Assembly: GCA_947628585.1 (NCBI GenBank)
Contig: CANRAL010000004.1
Coordinates: 1 to 50,103 of the forward strand
Direction: 5' to 3'
Length of the DNA stretch: 50,103 bases
From: an uncultured Bacilli bacterium
GTDB taxonomy: Bacteria > Bacillota_I > Bacilli_A > RF39 > UBA660
The notes beneath the pieces were generated by a model that saw only the letters and a program-made list of their open reading frames with translations, ran no database searches and had not been told where the DNA came from. Position numbers and translations under genes: made by a program. Numbering within the stretch: the first letter of the stretch is position 1; each line of letters starts with the position of its first letter. Of the stretch, positions 1 to 8,756 are shown piece by piece.

Positions 1-175
1 GGACTTTCCAATTAATATATATGATGTTTATGCTGATTATAATTTTAATCCATCACCTCATATCTAATACACAGCAAATTTAAATAAAAAAATTGAAAAT
101 ATCTATTTAGACTTAGATACTCCTAATATTATTAATTATCAAATTAGTTTTTCGGATAAAGCAAATATTAATTAT

Positions 176-1834
176 ATGAATTTTGATATTGATTCAGGAT
201 ATTCTGTAGATGTTAAAAATAGTCATTATATTAGAATACATGCTAGTGAAGAAATAAATAATTTAAAAATTACTTTTCTAGAAAATCATCAAAATTTAAA
301 AATAAATAAAATTATAATAAATAAACAAGTTCCTTTAATGATTAATAATATTCGTCTACTATTAATGCTTGGTATTATATTTTTTATTACGATGATTTTT
401 TCTAAAACTCCTATTAAAAATATTAAGTTTAATCAATCATATATGTTTGTTATAACCTTTATAATAATATTAAGTTTATTTTTAGTTTTTGCAAAAATGG
501 CTAGTTTTAATACTACTATTGAAAGTTCTTATCAATATAAAGATTTAACTTTAGCTCTTACTAAAAAACAATTTTATTTAGATATACCTGTACCTGAAGA
601 GTTAAATAAATTAAATAATCCTTATGATCCTAATGCAAGAGCTAATATTAATTATTATTGGGATTATGCTTATTTTAATGGTAAATATTATTCTTATTTT
701 GGAATAGTACCTTGTCTTTTAACTTATTTACCATTTTATCTTATTACTAATAAAATGATTTTGAATTGTCAAGTTGGTATAATTGGTATTATTCTTTTTA
801 TGATGGCTGGTTTCTATTTGGTTTATCAATTATGTCAAAAATATTTTTCTAATATTTCGTATATATGGTATGTTTTACTGTCGTTATTTTATTTAGCGGC
901 AAGTGGAATATTTTTATTCATAAGCTATCCTTCAATATATAATATACCTGTCGTTTATGGATTATTTTTTGCTACTTTAGGTTTAACTTTTTGGTTGAAA
1001 TCTATTGATGAGGATCACTTTAATAAAATATATTTATTTTTAGGAAGTTTATGTGCTTCTCTCGTAGCCGGATGTAGACCTCAATTATTAGTAATATTTT
1101 TTATAGCTATCCCCTTATTCTGGAATAGTGTATTTAAAAAAAGAAATTTATTTAGTAAAAAATCAATTAAAGAAACATTATCCTTAGTAGTTCCTATTTT
1201 CCTAGTGGCTGCATTTATAATGTACTATAATTATGCAAGATTCGGTAATATTTTTGATTTTGGAGCAAACTACAATTTAACAACTAATGATATGACAAGA
1301 AGAGGTATAGTATTTGATCGAACATTTACAGGATTATTTTATTATCTTTTTTCACCTATAAGAATTAATTTAGTTTTTCCTTTTATAGAAAAATTTCCGA
1401 TTAAAACTGCTTATATTGGAAAAACAATTTATGAAAACTTTTATGGCGGATTTTTTGCTATTAATATTATTTGTCTTTTAAGTTTATTTATCTTAAAATT
1501 TAAAAAATTAATAAAAAATAAATCTTTAATAAATTTTGGTATAACTAGTTTATTTATGGCTGTATTAATTATAATTGTTGATACCCAAATGGCTGGAATA
1601 TTACCAAGATATATTGGCGATTTTGGATGGTTATTTGCTATTACTACTATAATTATAATTCTTTCTATTATTAACAATAAAAATCTAGATTATAAGTATG
1701 GCAAATATTTAAAATTACTTATAGTTTTAAGTTTAGCAATGAATAGATTAACTTATTTCGCGGAAAATCTATTATTACCATATAATCCGGCATTTTATCA
1801 TAAATTATTTTATTTATTTACTTTTTGGTTTTAA
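176..1834 (+). CDS. Polytopic membrane protein, probable GT-C-fold glycosyltransferase (coding-like sequence continues upstream to the window edge, with one in-frame TAA at 65-67)
   Basis: Many TM segments, extracytoplasmic loop with WDYAYFNGKYYSYFG and FDFGANYNLT motifs, late PRY motif. Confidence 0.6.
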   Translation: MNFDIDSGYSVDVKNSHYIRIHASEEINNLKITFLENHQNLKINKIIINKQVPLMINNIRLLLMLGIIFFITMIFSKTPIKNIKFNQSYMFVITFIIILSLFLVFAKMASFNTTIESSYQYKDLTLALTKKQFYLDIPVPEELNKLNNPYDPNARANINYYWDYAYFNGKYYSYFGIVPCLLTYLPFYLITNKMILNCQVGIIGIILFMMAGFYLVYQLCQKYFSNISYIWYVLLSLFYLAASGIFLFISYPSIYNIPVVYGLFFATLGLTFWLKSIDEDHFNKIYLFLGSLCASLVAGCRPQLLVIFFIAIPLFWNSVFKKRNLFSKKSIKETLSLVVPIFLVAAFIMYYNYARFGNIFDFGANYNLTTNDMTRRGIVFDRTFTGLFYYLFSPIRINLVFPFIEKFPIKTAYIGKTIYENFYGGFFAINIICLLSLFILKFKKLIKNKSLINFGITSLFMAVLIIIVDTQMAGILPRYIGDFGWLFAITTIIIILSIINNKNLDYKYGKYLKLLIVLSLAMNRLTYFAENLLLPYNPAFYHKLFYLFTFWF

Positions 1835-1868
1835 AAAAATGGCTAATAATAATTACTAGTCATTTTTT
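1835..1868. terminator. Bidirectional intrinsic terminator
   Basis: AAAAAATGGCTA...TAGTCATTTTTT inverted repeat between convergent genes. Confidence 0.65.
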
Positions 1869-2007
1869 ATTCTTGGGTAACATAAGCCAAATTTTCTAAT
1901 TGTTCAGGCTCAAGGTTAGTAAAGTGATAATTTACAGCTACTATCATAACAATAATCGCTGTATAAAAAAAGATAACACCTCCATATTTCAAAAACATTT
2001 TTTTCAT
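1867..2007 (-). CDS. Unannotated 46-aa single-TM peptide divergent from lexA (SosA/YneA-like position)
   Basis: MKKMFLKYGGVIFFYTAIIVMIVAVNYHFTNLEPEQLENLAYVTQE*, RBS AGAGGTGG, terminator downstream, SOS boxes upstream. Confidence 0.75.
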   Translation of the reverse strand: MKKMFLKYGGVIFFYTAIIVMIVAVNYHFTNLEPEQLENLAYVTQE

Positions 2008-2038
2008 TTATACCACCTCTTTCAATTTTAATTTATCA

Positions 2039-2081
2039 CGTTCATTTGTTCGTGTCAATAATAATTATAAACATTTGTTTG
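2039..2081. promoter_or_regulatory. Two LexA (Cheo/SOS) boxes
   Basis: CGTTCATTTGTTCG (2039-2052) and TAAACATTTGTTTG (2068-2081) resemble the Bacillota consensus CGAAC-N4-GTTCG; the second overlaps the lexA -35. Confidence 0.7.
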
Positions 2082-2107
2082 ACTTTTTACATATATTATT
2101 GTAAAAT
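2079..2107 (+). promoter_or_regulatory. SigA promoter of lexA
   Basis: TTGACT-17 nt-TAAAAT upstream of RBS AGGAGG. Confidence 0.7.
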
Positions 2108-2123
2108 TATTTTAGGAGGAAAC

Positions 2124-2747
2124 ATGAAAAATAAGAATCTTACTAAAAGACAACAAGAAATTTTAACTTTTATTAAAAAATATATTGCTTTACATGGTTA
2201 CCCACCTGCCATAAGAGAAATATGTGCTGGAGTTGGGTTAAATAGTCCGGCAACGGTATTTGTTCATATTAAAAATTTACAAAGAGATGGTTATCTTAAA
2301 TCTACAAATAATAAATTTCGAACATTAGAGGTAGTTGGGGAAAATGAATATTTAGAAAAAAATGAAGACGTTGTGAAGGTTCCTTTATTAGGAAAAATAA
2401 CCGCGGGTAATCCTATAACTGCGATAGAACAACCCAATGAATTTTTTGCTTTACCGGCCTCTTTGATACCTTCTGGTTGTGAAATATTTACCTTGAAAGT
2501 AAGTGGGGAATCCATGATAAATAAAGGTATTTACGATGGAGACATTGTAATTGTTCGAAGACAAAATAATGCTCAAAATGGTGATGTCGTAGTAGCAATG
2601 ACCGAAGAAAACGAAGTAACCTTAAAAACTTTTTATAAAGAAAAAGACCATATTCGTTTACAACCCGAAAACGATAATATGGCACCATTTATTTTTAATA
2701 ACGTAACTATTTTAGGAAAAGCCATTGGTTTATATCGAAAAATATAA
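2124..2747 (+). CDS. lexA: SOS repressor LexA
   Basis: LTKRQQEIL wHTH, Ala-Gly cleavage site (ITAGNP), GESM catalytic Ser, VTLK Lys; ATG at 2124 after AGGAGG. Confidence 0.97.
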   Translation: MKNKNLTKRQQEILTFIKKYIALHGYPPAIREICAGVGLNSPATVFVHIKNLQRDGYLKSTNNKFRTLEVVGENEYLEKNEDVVKVPLLGKITAGNPITAIEQPNEFFALPASLIPSGCEIFTLKVSGESMINKGIYDGDIVIVRRQNNAQNGDVVVAMTEENEVTLKTFYKEKDHIRLQPENDNMAPFIFNNVTILGKAIGLYRKI

Positions 2748-2751
2748 TTTT

Positions 2752-2776
2752 AAAACTCCTTTTTAGGAGTTTTTTT
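2752..2776. terminator. Bidirectional terminator
   Basis: AAAACTCCT-TTTT-AGGAGTTTT between convergent lexA and asnB. Confidence 0.75.
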
Positions 2777-4598
2777 AAGATACATCATCAATAAAATAAA
2801 CTTTATACCAGACTAAGAAACAGTAAATAGTCCAGACTTTACGATAATTATCTTTTAAGCCTTTATAGTGATCAGTTAATAATTTTAAAATATAATCAAC
2901 ATTAAAGAACTTCTTGGCATAACGACTTTTAAATACTTTTTTTATCATAAGATAAAAATCTTTTTCTCGCATCCAGTCTCTGACGGGAACCGGGAATCCT
3001 AATTTTTTCTTTTTATAGGCTTCCGTAGGAATAACTTTTTTGGCCGCATCTCTTAAAGCCACTTTTGTATTTTCTTTAGTAACTTTATAATTAATTGGTA
3101 AACTTGAAGCAACCTTAAATACTTCCTTATCAATAAAAGGTACTCTTCCTTCAATCGATGAAGCCATAGTCATTTTATCAGCTTTTAATAAAATATCTTT
3201 CATTAACCAAAAATCAATATCAATTGCTTGCATTTTGACGATATCACTTTCATTTTGATAATCATCATATGTTTTTTTAGTTACTTCTTTGTTTTTTATT
3301 TTATATTTATTTAATAAAACTTTATTACATTCTTTATCATGAAAAACTTGATTAACACCAATATAAGAATTTTCTAATTTTTCGCCCCGTCTAATTAAAA
3401 AATTTACTCCTTTTACTTCGGGTAAAGCCCGAGCAAATATGGCGATAGTATGTCTAATAAAGTAAGGAATTTTATTATACCAACCCAAATCTACATCTTG
3501 CCGATAGATATTATAGCCTCCGAAAAACTCATCTGCACCTTCACCCGACAAAACAACTTTAACATCTTGACTAGCAAGTTTTGCCACGAAATATAATGCA
3601 ACAGCCGCGGGATCACTTGTTGGTTCATCTAAGTGATACATTATTTTAGGCAAAATTTCCATATATTCTTTTTTAGTAATAATTTTTGATGTATTGTTAA
3701 TATTTAACTCTTGAGCTAAGTTTTTAGCGTACTCTATTTCGTTGTATTTTTCATTATTATAACCGACCGTATAAGTTTTATCAGGTTTAGCTAAAGATAC
3801 TAAATAAGATGAATCAATACCACTTGATAAAAAAGAACCAATTTCTACATCACTTAAAAGATGCTTGGCAACACTTTCTTCCATAACTTTAGCAATATTT
3901 AAAACAGCGTCATCATAAGACATATCTTTTTCTTTAAATTCTTTTTTATAATATCTTTCAATTTTTATATCTCCATTTTGATAAATTAAACTATGTCCCG
4001 CATCTAGTCTATATACTCCTTTGAAAAAAGTTTCCGTTGTAGGTGTAAAACTAAAAGCTAGATAAGGTTTTAATATTTCTTCATTAAGTTCTTTAATAAA
4101 CCGCGGATGTTCTAAAAATGCTTTTATTTCACTAGCAAACATAAATGAACCATTCATTAAAGTATAATATAAAGGTTTTATACCAAAATTATCACGAGCT
4201 AAAAATAAAAGATCTTTATTTTTATCATAAATTGCAAAAGCAAACATTCCTCGTAAATGTTTTGGTAAATCTTTGCCCCATTTTTCATAACCGTGAACTA
4301 ATACTTCCGTATCACTTTTAGTTTTAAATTCATGGTCTTTTTTTAATTCACTTTTTAATTCAATATAATTATATATTTCTCCATTAAAAATAACTACAAC
4401 ACTTTCATCTTCATTAAACATTGGTTGATTACCAGTATCTAAATCAATTATGGAAAGTCGGCGATGAGCTAAAGCAACATCATTATAAAAATAATACCCT
4501 TCCCCATCTGGTCCGCGATGAGCTATTTTTTTACTCATTTTTCGAATAATAGTTTTTTTGTTTTTAGTTTTATCGATAAAACCCACTATTCCACACAT
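2775..4598 (-). CDS. asnB: Asparagine synthase (glutamine-hydrolysing), AsnB family; possibly a cell-wall amidotransferase
   Basis: N-terminal MCGI, HRGPD, HRRLSIID, FNGEIYN, LSSGIDSS, SGEGADEFFGGY. Confidence 0.93.
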   Translation of the reverse strand: MCGIVGFIDKTKNKKTIIRKMSKKIAHRGPDGEGYYFYNDVALAHRRLSIIDLDTGNQPMFNEDESVVVIFNGEIYNYIELKSELKKDHEFKTKSDTEVLVHGYEKWGKDLPKHLRGMFAFAIYDKNKDLLFLARDNFGIKPLYYTLMNGSFMFASEIKAFLEHPRFIKELNEEILKPYLAFSFTPTTETFFKGVYRLDAGHSLIYQNGDIKIERYYKKEFKEKDMSYDDAVLNIAKVMEESVAKHLLSDVEIGSFLSSGIDSSYLVSLAKPDKTYTVGYNNEKYNEIEYAKNLAQELNINNTSKIITKKEYMEILPKIMYHLDEPTSDPAAVALYFVAKLASQDVKVVLSGEGADEFFGGYNIYRQDVDLGWYNKIPYFIRHTIAIFARALPEVKGVNFLIRRGEKLENSYIGVNQVFHDKECNKVLLNKYKIKNKEVTKKTYDDYQNESDIVKMQAIDIDFWLMKDILLKADKMTMASSIEGRVPFIDKEVFKVASSLPINYKVTKENTKVALRDAAKKVIPTEAYKKKKLGFPVPVRDWMREKDFYLMIKKVFKSRYAKKFFNVDYILKLLTDHYKGLKDNYRKVWTIYCFLVWYKVYFIDDVS

Positions 4599-4608
4599 AG
4601 ATCCTCCA

Positions 4609-6543
4609 TTACTTTATATATTTGTAATAATCTTTTGTAATAATCAATTTACTCATATTAATTTTATTATTTACAATTTTATTCATTTTCTTAACATAAT
4701 CTTCAGGTATTTCTAAATCATCTTTTTTAACAAAAGTATTTGTATTAGCAAAGTAACTACCATAATCACTTACCCAAGAACCATTGCCAAAAATAGCTAA
4801 GCCATAATGGGAGCTTAAAATATCTTTACCAATAATAAGTCGTGAATCATAAGGTAAATTAAAAATATTATATATTGTTGGTAATACATCAATTTGACTA
4901 CCTACCTTATCTACTTCGATTGTATCCATTTTATTATTCCACAAAATGAAATTACTATGATTAATTTCGATTACACTATCTTTTTTATAACTAGCTATTT
5001 CATTAACTTCTTCAGGAGTTAAAAAATAAGGGTAATGATCGCCTACCAAGGCTATTACAGTATCATCCAAAACATTGGCTTCAGCTAATTTATTAATTAA
5101 AGTTTCTAAAGCTTTATCAAGCTCAATTTGGGAGGCCAAATAAGCTTTAGCATTTTCACTAACATCTAAATCTTCTACTTCACTACGATGTTTTTTACTC
5201 ATAGCATTACCCCAGGAATAATCCCCATGGCCACTTACAGTGACATAATAGGAAAAAAATGGTTTATCACTATTTATAAAATCTGAAACTGTAGCATTAA
5301 TCATTTCCACATCACTTTCAGGCCATATATTACAATTAATAAGTTTTTCTAAGCCATTTCGACATCCTAAATAATTATTAAAACCTAAGGCTTTTAAATA
5401 ATTATGGCGACTTTGAAAAGTATAAGTATGATCATGATAAGCATAAGTATTATAACCAGCTTCTTGAAACATATGAGCTATTCCAAAAGGAAAACTATTA
5501 TTACCATTTTTCCAAGGAGTTAAAAAACCGGAAGCAGCAACTAAACCCGTCAATTCTTGAAATTCGCCCCCAATTGTACTACTAATAGTGGGCGTATAAA
5601 AATTATTAAAATGAAACCCACCATTTACTAATTTATATAAAGTTGGAGTTCTATCTTTAGATACAGCCACTTCATTAAAACTTTCAGCCATAAATAGAAT
5701 TAAATTTTTATTTTTAAAATAACCTGTATATTCATTTTGTTCGCTTCCCGATTCATTATTAAAATATTCATGCATACTTTTTAAATCTCCTGAACTTTGG
5801 TCTATTAAACTAGCAAAATCAATATCTAAATTATTAAAAGCATAAGTTTTTGTTGGCATTTCGCCTTCCTCACCAATAGCTTCTTCTACTATTAAAACTT
5901 TAGGTGAAAAACCAAAAATAGATCGATTTAAATCAATTAACATAGTATGAATTACCCCGAGTTTATTTAAACTAATAGCCACATTACTTGTATTAAAAAA
6001 TAATTTATAAGCTGAATAATCATCATCTTTTTGAATATTTAAACTAAGTAAAAATAATAAATATATTACTAACATTAATGGTAAATATAATAAATTTTTT
6101 TTAAATGAATTTTTTTTAATTAAAATATTTTTTCTAAAAATAATACTTAAAATAAAAGGAAGAAAAATAATTAATAAATAAAAAATATTGGCACTTACTA
6201 ATTTTATTAAATCTTTAGAAAAACTTAAAACTTGATCGGTAGCCCCTAAAAGAGAAAAATCAAAATAAAAACCAAATATATTATGAACTACTACTTCTAC
6301 CCCAATAAATAAAGAAAAAATAAACATAAATAGATAAAAGACAAATCTATTAATATTATTTTTAAATAATTTAGTTATTAATGTTAAGGTTAAACTTAAA
6401 AAAATAAGAAATAATATATTATTAAAAATCGTTAAAGTAAATATTTTATTGTGCGTAATAACTTTAAATAAAAGCTCTCCATAACTTAAAGATATTAAAT
6501 AATACCAAAAAACAGGTATTTTATAATTATTTATTTTTTCCAT
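4609..6543 (-). CDS. LTA synthase (LtaS)/sulfatase family protein
   Basis: About 5 N-terminal TMs, NLILFMAES, ST..GEF catalytic Thr, GDH motif. Confidence 0.85.
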   Translation of the reverse strand: MEKINNYKIPVFWYYLISLSYGELLFKVITHNKIFTLTIFNNILFLIFLSLTLTLITKLFKNNINRFVFYLFMFIFSLFIGVEVVVHNIFGFYFDFSLLGATDQVLSFSKDLIKLVSANIFYLLIIFLPFILSIIFRKNILIKKNSFKKNLLYLPLMLVIYLLFLLSLNIQKDDDYSAYKLFFNTSNVAISLNKLGVIHTMLIDLNRSIFGFSPKVLIVEEAIGEEGEMPTKTYAFNNLDIDFASLIDQSSGDLKSMHEYFNNESGSEQNEYTGYFKNKNLILFMAESFNEVAVSKDRTPTLYKLVNGGFHFNNFYTPTISSTIGGEFQELTGLVAASGFLTPWKNGNNSFPFGIAHMFQEAGYNTYAYHDHTYTFQSRHNYLKALGFNNYLGCRNGLEKLINCNIWPESDVEMINATVSDFINSDKPFFSYYVTVSGHGDYSWGNAMSKKHRSEVEDLDVSENAKAYLASQIELDKALETLINKLAEANVLDDTVIALVGDHYPYFLTPEEVNEIASYKKDSVIEINHSNFILWNNKMDTIEVDKVGSQIDVLPTIYNIFNLPYDSRLIIGKDILSSHYGLAIFGNGSWVSDYGSYFANTNTFVKKDDLEIPEDYVKKMNKIVNNKINMSKLIITKDYYKYIK

Positions 6544-6617
6544 AATACATCACTACTACATAATTATAGCATTATTTATCTTTTTTTTGCGTAAAAATGT
6601 TATAATTTTACATAGAG

Positions 6618-7115
6618 GTGAAAAAATTGCATATAACTCATCCTTTAAAACCCATATATGATGAAAATAGTCAAATTTTAATATTGGGTTCTATGCCTAG
6701 TACTATTTCGCGAACTAAAGAATTTTATTATGCTCATCCGCATAATCGATTTTGGCCTCTTATGGAAAAAATATTCAATACCACATTATCTACTAAAGAA
6801 GAAAAAATAGATTTTTTATTAAAAAATCATATTGCTATATGGGATACCATTAAATCTTGCGATATCATCGGTTCTAGTGATTCCTCAATTAAAAATGTAA
6901 AAGTTAATGATATTAATTATCTATTATCTAAAACAAAAATTAAATATATTTTTTGTACAGGTAAAAAAAGTTATGAACTATTTCAAAAATATATTAAAGT
7001 ACCTATAGAGGTTATATACTTACCTAGTCCCTCGAGTGCTAATGCCGCCTTCAGTTTTTCTATTTTATTAAACCATTATCAAAAAATTAAAGATGTTTTG
7101 ATGGAAAATACTTGA
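6618..7115 (+). CDS. DNA-deoxyinosine glycosylase (UDG superfamily family 6)
   Basis: ILGSMPS..S....YYAHPHNRFW and LPSPSSANA motifs. Confidence 0.88.
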   Translation: MKKLHITHPLKPIYDENSQILILGSMPSTISRTKEFYYAHPHNRFWPLMEKIFNTTLSTKEEKIDFLLKNHIAIWDTIKSCDIIGSSDSSIKNVKVNDINYLLSKTKIKYIFCTGKKSYELFQKYIKVPIEVIYLPSPSSANAAFSFSILLNHYQKIKDVLMENT

Positions 7116-7162
7116 TTTTATTTTATATATTTGATATTCTTATTATGCTTATAAAAATTTAT

Positions 7163-7239
7163 GGCGGAGTTGGTGAAGTGGTTAACACGGTAGATTGTGG
7201 CTCTATTATGCGTGGGTTCGACTCCCACACTTCGCCCCA
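7163..7239 (+). tRNA. tRNA-His(GTG)
   Basis: G-1, acceptor GCGGAGT/ACTTCGC, anticodon GTG at 7197-7199, TTCGA T-loop, encoded CCA. Confidence 0.95.
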
Positions 7240-7269
7240 TTTATAGGTATTTTTTTTAAATTTAAAGTT

Positions 7270-7295
7270 AAGGATGCTAAGCATTCTTTTTATTT
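7270..7295 (+). terminator. Terminator after tRNA-His
   Basis: AAGGATGC-TAA-GCATTCTT followed by T tract. Confidence 0.6.
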
Positions 7296-7308
7296 GGGTT
7301 TATAAATA

Positions 7309-7337
7309 GTATATTTATATTTATTTAACCCACAATA
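7309..7337 (+). promoter_or_regulatory. Putative forespore (SigG-type) promoter of ligD
   Basis: GTATA-17 nt-CACAATA vs consensus GHATR-17/18-CATXHTA (one mismatch); AT-rich background weakens this. Confidence 0.35.
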
Positions 7338-7352
7338 ATAATGTGATTAATA

Positions 7353-8717
7353 ATGGCTAGTTTAAAAAAATATCAAACCAAGAGGAATTTTAAAAATACT
7401 AAAGAACCTAAAGGAAAAGTCGTTAAATCGTCTTATCAACTTCGTTTTTGCGTTCAACATCATTTAGCCCGTAAAGATCATTATGATTTTCGCTTAGAAT
7501 GGAATGGAACTTTAAAAAGTTGGGCTATACCTAAAGGTCCATCATATAATACTTTAGATCGTCGTTTAGCTATTATGGTTGAAGATCACCCTCTTAGTTA
7601 TCGAAATTTTGAAGGAACAATTCCAAATGGCGAATATGGAGCTGGAACAGTTATGCTTTGGGATGAGGGAACTTGGCTTCCTACTACTAAAATTAATAAT
7701 TCTTTTAATATGTCTAGTTTTAAATTTATTTTAAAAGGAAAAAGATTAAAAGGTCTATGGACTATGATTCATTTAGAGGATAATAATTGGCTTTTAATTA
7801 AAGAAAAGGATGATACTAAAGGTTTTAAAAATATAAATAGAATTAATAAAAGTATTAAAACTAATCGAACAATGACAGATATTAGTAAAGCAAGTGCTTC
7901 TATGCCTAAATTAACTAATCCTATGAAAAAAATAACTTCTAAATATACGAAAAAAGATATATTTAATTACTATGAAAAAGTATCTATAAGAATGTTACCA
8001 TTTATTCTAAATCGACTTATAAGTGTTATCCGAGCTCCCGAGGGATTAAAAGGGGAAATATTTTTTAAAAAGCATTTAGAAAATAATCATAAAGGAATTA
8101 AAAAAATAAATTTATCTTTGGAAAACAATAAATTAACTGATTATTACTATATAACTAATATTTATGGTTTACTTAGTGAAGTTCAAATGAATAGTTTTGA
8201 GTTTCATCCTTGGAGTAGTACTATAAATAATTTAGAACATCCTGACATTTTAATTTTTGACTTAGATCCCGATGAAAAATTGGAAATTAATAAATTACGA
8301 GAAGGAGTTAAAGATTTAAAAAGTATTTTAGATAGTTTAAATTTAAAATCCTACCTTAAAACCAGTGGCGGAAAAGGTTATCATGTTTTAGTTCCTCTTA
8401 AAACTAAAATGACATGGGCTAAAGCTCGACAAACAGCCAAAAATATTGCAACTTTAATGGAAGAAAAATGGCCGACAAAATATACTAGTAACATTCGAAA
8501 AGATAAACGTAAAGGGAAAATATTTATTGACTGGATTCGTAATACTCGTACTTCAACTTCTGTTGCTCCCTATTCTATTCGTTTAAGAAAAAATTTGCCA
8601 GTATCTATGCCAATTAAATGGAGTGAATTAGATAAAATTAAACCTAATGAGATAACTATGGAAAAAGCTATAAAAAGATTAAACAGAATTGACCCTTGGG
8701 AAGATTTTTTTGCTTAA
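7353..8717 (+). CDS. ligD: LigD phosphoesterase + primase-polymerase fusion lacking the ligase domain
   Basis: PE motifs QHHLAR..HYDFRLE, LKSWAIPKGPS, EDHP; POL motifs FDLDP, KTSGGKGYHV, IFIDW.RN; only 454 aa with no room for a ligase domain. Confidence 0.88.
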   Translation: MASLKKYQTKRNFKNTKEPKGKVVKSSYQLRFCVQHHLARKDHYDFRLEWNGTLKSWAIPKGPSYNTLDRRLAIMVEDHPLSYRNFEGTIPNGEYGAGTVMLWDEGTWLPTTKINNSFNMSSFKFILKGKRLKGLWTMIHLEDNNWLLIKEKDDTKGFKNINRINKSIKTNRTMTDISKASASMPKLTNPMKKITSKYTKKDIFNYYEKVSIRMLPFILNRLISVIRAPEGLKGEIFFKKHLENNHKGIKKINLSLENNKLTDYYYITNIYGLLSEVQMNSFEFHPWSSTINNLEHPDILIFDLDPDEKLEINKLREGVKDLKSILDSLNLKSYLKTSGGKGYHVLVPLKTKMTWAKARQTAKNIATLMEEKWPTKYTSNIRKDKRKGKIFIDWIRNTRTSTSVAPYSIRLRKNLPVSMPIKWSELDKIKPNEITMEKAIKRLNRIDPWEDFFA

Positions 8718-8756
8718 ACGTATTCTTTTTGGTATAATTAAGCCAAGAGGAAAATT

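Noticed and set aside
7163-7239. tRNA-His as an island integration site
   Set aside because: No duplicated tRNA 3' end and no integrase noticed in the window
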